NCBI RefSeq assembly: GCF_003918875.1
Contig: NW_025766370.1
Span: 1,116,001-1,180,000, forward strand
Origin: Haliotis rubra
Taxonomy: Eukaryota
DNA: 64,000 nt
Reading direction: 5' to 3'
In this document: piece after piece, positions 40,063 to 53,139 of the stretch
How the letters are laid out: every line of letters starts with the position of its first letter
How positions within the stretch are numbered: the first letter of the stretch is position 1
Notes under the pieces: generated by a model
What the model was told of the DNA's origin: nothing
Databases searched by the model: none
Seen by the model: only the letters and a program-made list of their open reading frames with translations
Made by a program: the position numbers and the translations under genes

Positions 40063-40406
40063 AACTGACTGCCAAATTGTTACGAGCTGCGTAAGAATAG
40101 TGGTATAACCCTCCCCTGTATATGCTTTATGTTTTTATGTTTGTTGTTTAACCCCACACTCAGCAATATTCCAGCTATATTCCTTCAATCTGTCATCAAT
40201 CGAGTCTGGTCCAGTTTTGACGCCGAGAGATCATTAGTCGCCTCTTACGACCCGAAAGGGGTGAAAACCAATTCTCACCCGCATCTTCGTAAGCTATTGT
40301 TACAAATCGTTGCAAAAGAAATACTTGAACTAAGACAAACGGCAAAACAAATATTGAGTAACCGAAGATGGGCAGATATTTGAAATGGTTTAGCTCAGAC
40401 GGGTCT

Positions 40407-43167
40407 CATGCTGTATTCCTGTAACATATGACTAGAGGCCCCACATGTGCTGTATTCCTGTAATATAAGACTAGAGGCCCCACACATGCTGTATTCCTGT
40501 AATATTAAACTAGAGGCCCCACATGTGCTGTATTCCTATAATATAAGACTAGAGGCCCGCATGTGATGTATTCCTGTAATATAAGACTAGAGGCCCCACA
40601 TGTGCTGTATTTCTGTAATATTAGACTAGAGGCCCCACATGTGCTGTATTCATGTAATATAAGACTAGAGGCCCCACACATGCTGTATTCCTGTAATATT
40701 AGACTAGAGGCCCCACATGTGCTGTATTCCTGTAATATAAGACTAGAGGCCCCCACATGCTGTATTCCTGTAATATAAGACTAGAGGCCCCACATGTGCT
40801 GTATTCCTGTAATATAAGACTAGAGGCCCACACACACGCTGTATTCCTGTAATATACGACTAGAGGACCCACATGTGCTGTATTTCTGTAATATAAGACC
40901 AGAGGCCCCACACATGCTGTATTCCTGTAATATAAGACTAGAAGACCCACACATGCTGTATTCCTGTAATATACGACTAGAGGACCCACATGTGCTGTAT
41001 TCCTGTAATATAAGACTAGAGGTCCCACACATGCTGTATTCCTGTAATATACGACTAGAGGACCCACAAGTGCTGTATTCCTGTAATATAAGACTAGAGG
41101 CCCCACACATGCTGTATTCCTGTAATATAAGACTAGAGGACCCCACACATGCTGTATTCCTGTAATATAGACTAGAGGACCCACACATGCTGTATTCCTG
41201 TAATATAAGACTAGAGGCCCCACACATGCTGTATTCCTGTAATATAAGACTAGAAGCCCCACACATGCTGTATTCCTGTAATATAAGACTAAAGGCCCCA
41301 CATGTGCTGTATTCCTGTAATATAAGACTAGAGGACCCACACATGCTGTATTCCTGTAATATAAGACTAGAGGCCCACACATGCTGTATTCCTGTAATAT
41401 AAGACTAGAAGCCCCACACATGCTGTATTCCTGTAATATAAGACTAAAGGCCCCACATGTGCTGTATTCCTGTAATATAAGACTAGAGGACCCACACATG
41501 CTGTATTCCTGTAATATAAGACTAGAGGTCCCACACATGCTGTATTCCTGTAATATAAGACTAGAAGCCCCACACATGCTGTATTCCTGTAATATAAGAC
41601 TAAAGGCCCCACATGTGCTATTTTCCTGTAATATAAGACTAGAAGACCCACACATGCTGTATTCCTGTAATATAAGACTAGAGGCCCCACACATGCTGTA
41701 TTCCTGAATAAGACTAGAGGACCCACACATGCTGTATTCCTGTAATATAAGACTAGAGGGACCACACATGCTGTATTCCTGTAATATAAGACTAAAGGCC
41801 CCACATGTGCTATTTTCCTGTAATATAAGACTAGAAGACCCACACATGCTGTATTCCTGTAATATAAGACTAGAGGGCCCCACACATGCTGTATTCCTGA
41901 ATAAGACTAGAGGACCCACACATGCTGTATTCCTGTAATATAAGACTAGAGGGACCCACACATGCTGTATTCCTGTAATATAAGACTAGAGGCCCCACAC
42001 ATGCTGTATTCCTGTAATATAAGACTAGAAGGCCCCACACATGCTGTATTCCTGTAATATAAGACTAAAGGCCCCACATGTGCTGTATTCCTGTAATATA
42101 AGACTAGAAGACCCACACATGCTGTATTCCTGTAATATAAGACTAGAGGCCCCACACATGCTGTATTCCTGTAATATAAGACTCAAAGGCCCCACATGTG
42201 CTGTATTCCTGTAATATAAGACTAGAAGCCCACACACATGCTGTATTCCTGTAATATAAGACTAAAGGCCCCACATGTGCTGTATTCCTGTAATATAAGA
42301 CTAGAAGACCCACACATGCTGTATTCCTGTAATATAAGACTAGAGGCCCCCACACATGCTGTATTCCTGTAATATAAGACTAAAGGCCCACATGTGCTGT
42401 ATTCCTGTAATATAAGACTAGAGGCCCCCACATGTGCTGTATTCCTGTAATACAAGACTAGAGGACCCACACATTCTGTATTCCTGTAATATAAGACTAA
42501 AGGCCCCACATGTGCTGTATTCCTGTAATATAAGACTAGAGGCCCCACATGTGCTGTATTCCTGTAATATAAGACTAGAGCCCCACATGTGCTGTATTCT
42601 TGTAATATAAGACTAGGGCCCCACATGTGCTGTATTCCTGTAATATAAGACTAGAGGCCCACATGTGCTGTATTCCTGTAATATAAGACTAGAGGCCCCA
42701 CATGTGCTGTATTCCTGTAATATATAAGACTTGAGGCCCCACATGTGATGTATTCCTGTAATATAAGACTAGAGGCCCCCCACACATGCTGTATTCCTGT
42801 AATATTAGACTAGAGGACCCACATGTGCTGTATTCCCTGTAATATAAGACTAGAGGACCCACACATGCTGTATTCCTGTCATATTAGACTAGAGGACCCA
42901 CATGTGCTGTATTCCTGTAATATAAGACTAGAGGCCCCACACACGCTGTATTCCTGTAATATACGACTAAAGGCCCCACACGTGCTGTATTCATGTAATA
43001 TAAGACTAGAGGCCCCACACATGCTGTATTCATGTAATATAAGACTAGAGGCCCCACACATGCTGTATTCCTGTAATATAAGACTAGAGGCCCCACCCAT
43101 GCTGTATTCCTGTAATATAAGACTAGAGGCCCCCATATGTGCTGTATTCCTGTAATATAAGACTAGA
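40407..43167. repeat. 39-bp satellite/minisatellite, ~70 units
   Basis: Unit tgctgtattcctgtaatataagactagaggccccaca(ca/tg); produces the 13-aa periodic ORFs. Confidence 0.98.
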
Positions 43168-43338
43168 ATTTACACATGCCTATCACTGAATATATTGAAT
43201 AGTACTTCAGCTGCTGACTTATTGTAATCGTTATCCAATATTCGTGATATTATCATATTCGCCTCAAAGTGTATTCGTAACAGCAAAAGTATTCACAAAT
43301 CATTCCCATCTGGGGAATCGTATGGCGATTCTTCAACG

Positions 43339-43552
43339 TGATGTTAACACCCTTTAACCATAAGGCTATTCCATGAGCTCTCTTCAACAAATAGCCTTAT
43401 GGACACTATCCGTCTGAAGTGATGCCTAGCTCTTGTTGTAAGGTATGATGTTAACACCCTTTAACCATAAGGCTATCCCATGAGCTCTCTTCAACAAATA
43501 GCCTTATGGACACTGTCAGTCTGACGTGATGCCTAGCTCTTGTTGAAAGGTA
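43339..43552. repeat. 107-bp tandem dimer with an internal hairpin, starting in a minus-strand SINE head
   Basis: tgatgttaacaccctttaaccataaggctat at 43339 and 43446; inverted arms ccataaggctat / atagccttatgg. Confidence 0.85.
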
Positions 43553-43611
43553 TGGTGCTTTGAAACACAATAGATGTTTTCATGGATTATATATGATACA
43601 TACAAATGTAC

Positions 43612-43755
43612 GAGTGAGTGAGTGTAGTTTTAAGGCGACTTTGGCAATTTTCTAGCAGGAGACGCCGGAATGGGCTCCACAGATTGTACCCATGTGGGGA
43701 ATTGAACCTTCATCAAAGCAAGTGCTTTAACTACTAGGCTTCCCAATCGCCCCTA
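43612..43755 (-). mobile_element. SINE S3 (other degenerate copies at ~44771-44920 and ~55520-55680)
   Basis: cattgtacccatgtggggaattgaacc...ttaactactaggct. Confidence 0.75.
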
Positions 43756-45514
43756 CAGACGTACGAATGAAGCAAACCGGACCCCGAATGCTTGAAGCAT
43801 TCATTATGATTGAATATGGCTATTTTATATTATTGTTTTATCCCAATAAGCATGAGAATCGGAAATTTGAATATAAAGAGACATGGACGAAGTTCCTCAG
43901 GCAGAGTATTCAAACATGAAAGAGAAGAAAAGTATATTTCGTTTTGATTTTTGAATTGTGTGTGTTTGAAAGGAAACGTTAAGACAAGTTCCATTTTCAG
44001 TCTGTTGTGCACAAAATGGATTAAACTCATAGCAGCTTTTGCGTTGCTGTTCTTGTAATCGTGGAGGTGCAAGACGAAATACAAATACTATATGTGAATG
44101 AAGAGGGAGAAATAGTATGATCATGTGGTTGATATATAGAGCATTGATCTAAACAAATTAGGATACGACGATGTCTGACAGCCCTTCCGTTACCGACCGT
44201 TTGCTGCCGTTAGCTGAAGTCAGCTGCCGTGATAATGTTGCTGCAGATCCATAATGTCCGGAAACCTCACGAGTGGAAAACGACGTTAAACCACGACATC
44301 TTCGCAAATGAAACTTTGACACTTTTGTGAAACTATGAAAACTTTATGACACCACAACTGCACAGTCACGATAGCTCTGTGAATTTTTTACAGTGTTGTA
44401 AAATTCTCTGCACGTGATGGTGCCAACCATTATCCTGTCGAATCTGAAAGAATGCAAGGTTCATATCCCGGGGGCCTTCAAATCACCATAAAAAGTCGTA
44501 TCTTTGAGGTTCAATTAAGCTGCCAGACCGAACCTCTTTCATTCATGTAGATTACTGAGAATTCTCACAAGAACTTAATTATTGTTCTGTGAGAAGTCAA
44601 CCGGCCGTCTTGCTGTGTTGAGCAGATTTAACATCTGGGTGTATTTTATCAAGTGCTTCGTTTCTTGTCAAATTATGCTTATGGTCCCCGTGTGTTGTGA
44701 TCGATTAAGATTGAAGCATCGTTTGGAACCTTATTCAGCCATATTCTACCGTGTCAGTCTGAGGTTTGATGAGTGAGTGAGTAAGTTTTTCAGACGTCTT
44801 TAACTGTATTCAAGCAGAATCTCGGTGGGGACAAACAATTGGACTTCACACATTGTACCCATGTGAGTATCGAACCCGGGGATTCGGTGTGACGAGCAGA
44901 CACTTTAAATAACCACTAACCCTAATGAAATAGGTGGAAAACGAGGAACACGAGGAGTGATACAGGTCACAAGGTCACAATCTGGAAGAGTCGGCGATTT
45001 CTGTCAGAACAGATTATTTACAGGCCGTCGTCATGTATTGATATATCACATTTTGTCAAAGATGCTTTAAACGTGAAACAACGAAAACATCGTCCACAGT
45101 AAAATCTTGAGACTGGGGTGCTTCGGGGTCTACGTTATTTAAAAAATACCTCACGTAAAAAGAATGAACACCATGTCGTATGGCAGTGCGAGTAAACGTT
45201 TTATTGTCTGAGACCCAGATTTGTATGGATTAAGATCAATCAACCCTCAGAAACACAACAAAGTTAGTTCCCTTGATTCGCGTCGTTTATCGTTCGGGTG
45301 AAGAAGACACGAGGAGACAACAGGAAAAAATTGAAGTTTCACCCAACCCCAGAACATTGGTTGAGACGGTGTTAGAAGTCCTTGCTCCTAACTCGATTTA
45401 GACCCGTGAGAACTACATTCCTTGTTTCGCTGATTTTACCGAAGTGATAAACGTTTAAGTCATCTAGAAAAAACCTTTTTAACCTGTAATCTTTTCAAAG
45501 ACACAATCCTGTCT

Positions 45515-45722
45515 ATGCTTGTGGTAAGAGGCAACTAACGGGATCGGGTGGTCAGGCTCGCTGAGTTGGTTGACACATGTCATCGGTTCCCAATTGCGCA
45601 GATCGATGCTCATGCTGTTGATTACTGGATTGTCTGGTCCACACTCGATTATTTACAGACCGCCGCCATATAGCTGGAATATTGCTGAGTGCGGCGTAAA
45701 ACTAAACTCACTCACTAACTCA
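45515..45722 (+). mobile_element. SINE S2
   Basis: Full S2 body ending ggcgtaaaactaaactcactcac. Confidence 0.9.
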
Positions 45723-46344
45723 CAAGGCCTGTGATGTCATCATCGTATGTCGATGCTCATGATATCAATCACGTGTCTATGTGGTACAGACTCGAACCTT
45801 TTCAAACAACAAAACAAACAAGGCAGTACATGCGTTTATTTAACAGCGAAACCTTTTCGATCGTTAACAATATGTGAAATCAATGAAAAATAGGAATTTT
45901 CAAGATTTGCTTTCATCAAGTTAAAAGTTTAATGTTCGTCTTTAATAATTTGCACTTTACAAAATACAAGTTGAAAAACCCATACTCTCTAAACATACGA
46001 TCTCTGCAGGTCAATGCAAAGGATTCACTGAATCAATGAAGAACAAGTTCCTCCCACGTCTTGATTCATATCTGTCAAGCTGGAGTTTCATAATTGCGTG
46101 CAAGGCATAATTGAGGCAATGAAAAAGTATTTACCTCGAGGATCAGCCTCAGCATTTACACGGCGACCGTCAATTCAGGAGCACTTAGAGAGAAAGAACT
46201 TAGTTTATTGAGTTTCGGAATTCTGAATGTACATTAATGCATATTTTCCGGTGTCCGATGTCATTTAAACACGACGTTCCAACTAAGGACTCATAAAATA
46301 AGCTCCTTGTTTTTCGTCCATTTTGGAAAGCGAGAATAATATTT

Positions 46345-47303
46345 ATTTTTTATTTTATTTTATTTTATTATTATAGGATATTTATATAGCGCACATATCC
46401 ACGCAACTAGTGCTTGCTCAAGGCGCTGGTATTTTTGTTCCCTCGATCATTGGATGTCAATCTCAACGGCACATCGTGTTATCAATCTCAGCTCCCTGTG
46501 GAGGATACAACTCTTGCAGCCGCTAGGGGCACCAAGTTATTGTGGCTTTCTCATCCTAACGAGGTACCCACTCACAGCTGGGTGGACTGGGACACACATA
46601 GTCACAGTACTTTGTCCAAGTTCACTGCACGTTGCTGTACCCACAACTAGGTGTTTGCACGTATTCATGTGGCCACCACCTGGTCATATACCAACGGATT
46701 CGTGGGTTCTTTAAGTGCACAGGGTTGTGTACTTTACACTATAGTTTGGCAGGAAGTGCATGTCGACCCGGTTTTGTGTAAATATCTCTTCATCCAATGA
46801 GCCAATCGATCACAAACTGGGCAAGTGGATGTTTTGTCAGACAACCTAATCACATTGTAAATCACCGATTTTATGCATTTGTATTAAAGAATCTGTCTAT
46901 GTAACTGTCAACAAAATAAACAGCAGAACGCAAACTGCTTGCAGAGGGAGGAGCCAATGACCTGTAACAGCGGCAGTGTTGGGTCATAAAGGTAAATGCA
47001 CGCGCAGTTCATGGTAGTTACCTGTGCACTGCACAGTGATAAACCGTGATTAGGTTGTCTGACAAAACATCCACTTGCCCAGTTTGAGATCGATTGGGTC
47101 ATTGGATGAAGAGATAGTTACAAAAAACCGGGTCCACATGCATTTCATGCCAAACTATAGGGGTTGTGACAACATGGAAAGAGTCTGCACACAATGTTGA
47201 CTCCAAGGTTTTTACACCCGGTCACAGGCGGGCTCAATCCCGACACCTCAACCTCGCTGGATCACTAGCCTGGCGCTTTAACCAGCTCGCCCACCGCGCC
47301 CCC
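46345..47303 (-). mobile_element. Full-length SINE S1 interrupted by a MITE
   Basis: Head at 47303, A-rich tail at ~46345-46375; the body is continuous once 46742-47159 is removed. Confidence 0.9.
46742..47157. mobile_element. 416-bp MITE with ~110-bp TIRs and TA TSD
   Basis: tagtttggca...cctaatcac / gtgattagg...tgccaaacta; TA duplicated relative to the SINE consensus cactaggggttg. Confidence 0.88.
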
Positions 47304-47674
47304 ATATATGTTATGCGCCTCGGTCCAGCCATGATCGCGTCTGGGCCAAACAAACCAGTAGCTGATATCATGAGCAACGACCACGTCTGTTTTCTTGTTG
47401 CGTTTGAAGAACCTTTGGTGGTAAAACCATCTGTTCGTCTGGATGAAGGCCTACGTACGAGTCCCCACTTGGGTAGAATGTGTATAGACCATTTCTTCCG
47501 GGATATTGCCAGAATATTGTTAAAAGCGACCTAAAAGCCTACTCGCTCACTCATCATACAGACTCGGCGAGGGACATTGATCAAATCATATGTTTGTCCG
47601 GTCCAAATATGTTTACTGAGAAAAAGTGTACCGCGAAAACAGTGAACAAGTGAAAACTGGATTGCTCACATCAC

Positions 47675-48401
47675 AACTGACATACAAAGAAAGTACTTGC
47701 CAGTTTTCAGGGAATTATTTTCCCAAAAGTAGCGTAAATATTTTGAAAAGAGGTCTGACATTGACTTATCAGTCATAAATATTGTGCACGTGCTGCCCAA
47801 ACGCAACAGCTATCCTTTACAGTGTTGTGATCATGAAAATCATGATTTTTTGAATCGCACCCGCAGGATATTCACCAACTGTACAAAACACAGTCGATTG
47901 AGACTGGTGGTGGAACACCTGTTAAGGTCACACATCAAATTGCCATGGTTATACCAAACCGAACGAGAACGAGCCTTTTGAATCTTGTAGATGGGGTTTC
48001 AAACGGCCATATTGCCAGAACGTTTGTACAAAGGAGACAGATTGGACAGACATCTGATAGTCCCGAGACTGTCAAAAGTATGACCATCATATGTTCTCCA
48101 TCTGTGCAACAGGATGCTCATAGTGACGTCATCAGTTTCAAGAGCGTTGGGTCATCGCATCACCAGGGAAACAGTGATGAGACAATTGCGTGCTGTCGGC
48201 ATCTGGTCCTATCGACCATATGGAGGGATATCAACATCGACTGAATCGTCTACGTTGGAACGGTAACGTCGCAATTGGGTACTACATCTGTGATGTTTTG
48301 GCAACACGACTTAACTAGTAACAATTAACACTTTTTAAATACTATTGAAGTTGTTTTTGTAAAATAGTACCAGGTGTGTACTTTCTTGTGAACGTCAGTT
48401 T
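47675..48401 (+). mobile_element. Internally deleted, degenerate Tc1-like element
   Basis: TIR-like aactgac...agaaagtac at both ends. Remnants PWLYQTERERA..GVSNGHIARTF and HRITRETVMRQLRAVGIWSYRPY..HRLNRLRW. Confidence 0.65.
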
Positions 48402-49225
48402 ATGTAAAATGTGCGAATACAACATTTACATAAGAAATAGGCATGCCCGTGGGCACCAATCAAATTTCACAACTCGTTAACGAAATTTAATCCAATCGTA
48501 AAATACTCTTTTCACCAAGACTACGAAGAGCTGACATAATTTGCAAAATATTTCTTTTACGGAAATGTCTAATTATGAACATGATGTGTATATAATGATA
48601 TAATAAAAGTGACTCTCCCACTCTACTGATCGACTCCTACCAAATAACATGTGAATGTTTATTAATGACTATCATATAGGATGATACCATGTGTTCGGGA
48701 AAAGGTAAGAGTATCCCGCCTACCAGTGGCATGCATCATAAAGACATGCACAGGCTAGTCAACTGTTCACCTGAAACAACAAGGGAACTAATGGTATAAA
48801 ATAGGGCACTGCATCAGACATCATTTTCGTCATCGAAGCGTCGAATTTGGAAATGTCCTACACATGCCTACCGTATCATTATTTGAAAGCTTTGCTGGGG
48901 CTTTGAATATTGTAACTTTGATCAAACAACTGGATCATATAATCTCATAACTTTTCCTAACATTTCAAAGAGCGTCACACTGCTCTTGTAGATGTTGAAG
49001 TGGTTTTGGCGCTTTTATGAACTAAATGTACATACAAATCAGATTGGAATGCAGACATTTACACAATAAAATATTATTTGCATTGTGTTCCATACAATTT
49101 TAGACGTGGTGATTTTAAGGTATAAATTTCCGTAGCGGTAACAATCGCTGGGCGTGCGTGCATGCTTGCGGGTGTTCTGTTTGTACAATCCGGGCTTACC
49201 GAGCCTTTACAGTTCGAGACTACTG

Positions 49226-49850
49226 ACATTATGTCGAAGTTATACATACAGCTCGTTCAGCTTGACCTGAGCTACTCTACACATATGCATGACCGAGGAG
49301 GTCAAATGGCACAAACGGCAGGTCGAGTTAACTTCATTAAATAGGGGGCAAAGAATGTTATTAATGTTGCGTTGGTGCACAACATGCATGCATGGATTCG
49401 TTACAGAACTTGTCCCGGAAAACAACACTTCTGCAAAACCCAATCATTTCATGTTTTAATTGAATTGTTTGTACAGTCATATGCTTAACTAGTTTGGTTT
49501 ACTAACTTTACAACGTACAGACGTCAGTTACCATCACAATTTGTTCCACTCGCGCTGTCACTCTCTACGCCCAGTTCAATTATCACTTTTTCTATTTCAT
49601 GTTCAACTGCAATATGTTTGTAGCTTCATTTTTTAAAGAAAGTTATGATAATGCTGACGATTTCTCGACACTGAGATGTGAAACGGCGACCTTGTCTCGG
49701 CTGTTCGGACATGTTGACAATCAACTGACAAAGGTGCACCCCTTCAAAATAATAGACCCATCCACCTGTGACACGGTCATGCAATTCATTAGTCTTCACT
49801 TGATAAGGTCAAGCTGAACAAGCTGTAGATACCCTAATCAGACATAATGT
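49226..49850. mobile_element. ~625-bp TIR element with a 4-bp ACTG flanking repeat
   Basis: Imperfect ~45-bp TIRs acattatgtc...cagctcgttcagcttgacct / aggtcaagctgaacaagctg...gacataatgt; actg on both sides. Confidence 0.65.
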
Positions 49851-50213
49851 ACTGACTTGCCAACCAGTTCTCAGTTTCACCTCCATAATATATACCGAGC
49901 TTCAGGCAGGGAAACAACAACTACCGTTTCTTAAAGTCTTTCTTAAGAGGCTGTCGGGAACTGAACCTCGCCCTTCTGCTCTCCAGACACTCTGTCCACT
50001 AGACCATCATTGTTGATTTCATAGACTGAGGGTCAACTGCATGAAGCTCGGATCAAATTCTCATGTTGATTATTATCAAGTCCATAGTTTCTATGTACGA
50101 TTCTCCGTTTTCTTCAATAGGTATGATATAGATGCTTGATTGGCATTTTAGAAGATGATATTTGATGAAACATAGAGATTTTTTCTGGGTTACATCTTCT
50201 TTATATTCTCGAG

Positions 50214-50250
50214 TACAACGTTTCAGGGCTTGTTCTGGCCCCATCATCAG
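50214..50250 (-). ncRNA. Minimal hammerhead-ribozyme-like motif
   Basis: CUGAUGA-u-ggggccagaacaagcccu-GAAA-cguu-GUA; no helix I partner evident. Confidence 0.55.
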
Positions 50251-50266
50251 GTAAATCTAGCTTTAC

Positions 50267-50306
50267 CTGATGATGGGGAACTAAATTCAAGCCCTGAAAC
50301 GTTGTA
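50267..50306 (+). ncRNA. Minimal hammerhead-ribozyme-like motif, stem II degenerate
   Basis: CUGAUGA...GAAACGUUGUA. Confidence 0.45.
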
Positions 50307-51519
50307 CTCGAGGAAATAAAAAAAGACGTAACCCAGAAAAATCTCTATGTTCAAGGTATGATATAATGCAAGTTTTTTCGATTATACAACATGCTAATAT
50401 ACCATCTAATGATTGAAGTGTCTAAGTAATAAGAAAACAACGGTCCCGTATCTATTTACACATGGAAAGACCTACTGGTCTGTTTCCAGGAGAGTCAAGG
50501 ACGCCCGCCAGAATTAATGCCATTCAAATATACTGTCGTGTGAAAAACGGTCAAAAAGACATTCACATGCGTCAGCACGACAGCTTCAATGACGTGACCG
50601 GCACCGTGTAACAGTCAATGTTCAATAGTGAATTTAACCTATTTGTTGCAAACCTATTGCCGTGGGGATTGCCTTTTCAGATCTTTCAGAATCATTTTCA
50701 GCGATACAGTAAGTAACATGTATTTATCATTGTTAAATCTCAGTTTTATCGCGAAAAGTACGTAGATCGCCTTTGGCATACTTGTTTAGTTTTTCTATCT
50801 TAATGTTATAATGTACGTTCGTCAGCGACTCATGGGCCTCAGCGACTCTTTTGTATCTTAAAACTGTATTTTTACCTGCATCACAATAATGTAGTAACGA
50901 TAATATGAGTCGTCAAAAGGTGATCGTATCTGCCTCACTCGGGGCACATGTCACAAACACATGCAAGGGCGAGTCAACTGTTTACTTGAAACAATACGGG
51001 GATAGGGTCAGAAACGGAATTCACTCAAAACGATCAAAATGCAGTTATAATAGGTACCCAAACCCAACTCCTCACTCTCTATACCGTACACACGCAGACC
51101 CATCCGTCCACTCTCTCTCCTCCAAGGATAAGCCATCTTACTCGCATGATTCATCATTCTGTGGATCACCTGTCATTATCAGCCGAGATCGCTATGAAGC
51201 AATGCCCTAAGCACTGTTTCAACATTCTTTCAGATGACTGATCACCTAAACAGTATTAAGACGGAACAGGTTCATTCAAACCCCTCTTGAGACACATTTA
51301 CTTGTAGTCAATAAGGAATGCTGTCACAGTGAACGTATTCCTAATGAAGAAGAAATGGCTTGGTGTTATATATTTGTCGCTAACAGAGGCCAGTATATCA
51401 TGGCCACTATCAGCAATTATCGGGATAGATATAGATGCAAATTCTTCTCTTCGAAGGGGCCAATTCAGCGCTTTGCAACCCTGAAAGCATTTTACCTGGG
51501 GTTAACTATAGTTGGTTTA

Positions 51520-51914
51520 TACTACTCACACTTGGCTAAGGATCAGAGAAATTCACAACTTTACTGAAACGTAGATTTATTATTTAAAATTGTATCCATT
51601 TAAAATAGATACATAATAATATGGTAAAACCTCTTTAGGCAAAGCAGTCACTTTCATAAACCTAATGCACCTGATACATGAGTAACCAAAATGGTTTTCA
51701 GTGCACCAACAAACCATTTTGCAAATCATGGAACGAATCATTGACAAGTACACAACACCTGTCAATAGCGGGTATGTGATCCACAAGATGAAATGACATA
51801 CTGAAACCTAGGATCCATGCTTACAATAAGATTAGATATTTGAAACAAATTTGACCCCACATCATAGATTTCTGATGAATCCATGATTTGATCCTGAGCA
51901 AAGTGTGAATAGTA
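51520..51914. mobile_element. MITE, same family as 21414-21804
   Basis: TIRs tactactcacacttggctaaggatca / tgatcctgagcaaagtgtgaatagta, TA flanks. Confidence 0.85.
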
Positions 51915-53139
51915 TAGTTAACCAACCAAGGCTATGTAGGTTGCATTAAGGCGAGTGTCAATGACTACAGTTCAAATATGTACTGATAATGTCATAAGAG
52001 TGTAAGTGTGGGTGATTACAAACAATTCTTTACGAGTGAAATAAATCAGAATTAACACATATTCCTGAATCGCGAGAACGAGATGTATATTCTACTGATG
52101 TTAAACACTTTAAAGTGACGATATTGGTTAATGGTATATGTGTTACCATGTAACAGTTGTAAGTTCCTGGGCGCTAAGATGATCGTCACTACCATACTTT
52201 AACATAGCCTTATGACTGTCGTAGCGCCACGATCGCTTTGAGGAACGGGCCCTAAATCTCAATTTTTTTAAATGCGTTTTACAATTTACACAATTATGAA
52301 AGGATATGTTATGCGTTTAGAGAAAATAACACTTTCGTTGCATTTGAGGAAAGAGACTTAAAAGATTCATTAGGGACAAAGTTTGTTTTCACACTGAATT
52401 GCTTCTGAAAAAAAATGAGGAAAGTCTTTTAGTGAATGCACCACTTCAAAGTAATAATGTTTGTTATCACACAAGACTTCAGAATGAGTTAAAATCATGA
52501 CAATCAAAACAGAGATACTGAGGTTGTCTGAAAGTATTATCGAATATATACTCTTGTATTCCTCAAGGATACATTGCATACGAGGGAATGTATTTCATAT
52601 TACTTCAAAATCTGACGTACATTCCACTTATCAGTACCTCCCGGGCTCCTTCCACAAAGCGAACGTAGCGCTAAGACCATCGTTACTCAATACTAGTCAC
52701 AGGCTTACGCCAGTCGTGGCCTCACACAGCCTTTCTGAACGTAGCACAGGCCGTACTTTACTGGTTTCCAAGGCTGTTTTGCACGTTCCATTTGGTTTGC
52801 CAGTAAATTAGATATGCTGTTTCCCTCATTTTACGCATGTAGTCTTATTAATGTTTAGAAATTACATATTTTTAGTTCTGTTTGTTTAAATGTGATATGG
52901 TATTTACTTTAGGCTGCTTCAGTCTTCAGACAATTTGTGCAAGTGTACGGTGGAAACACCTGTGTATTGATGCAAATCAAAATGAAAAATAACCATGTTA
53001 ACCAGTTACAAATGCAATTATCATTTTGAACACAAATAATAAGTCATTTTATAAAACGATAATGTCCAAACTTCCAGGGGTACTACAATAAATGTTTATG
53101 GAAGAAAGACAGAAACATAGGACATATATGTCACCATAT

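Larger units (their letters stand above)
50131..50353. mobile_element. Fold-back Penelope-like element end (inverted pseudo-LTR) with 12-bp TSD
   Basis: Arms ~50168-50255 and 50262-50352 around a 6-bp spacer. CTGATGA...GAAAC then an A-rich polyA-signal-like stretch on each arm. aggtatgatata at 50119-50130 and 50354-50365. Confidence 0.7.

Noticed and set aside
40407-43167. CRISPR array, or a 420-aa repeat protein
   Set aside because: Units are head-to-tail with no unique spacers, there are no cas genes, and the context is eukaryotic. The ORFs switch frame at indels and simply reflect the 39-bp period.
50905-51210. Duplicated ~100-aa ORF (also 61605-61931)
   Set aside because: The two copies differ by frameshifts and show no motif; most likely non-coding.
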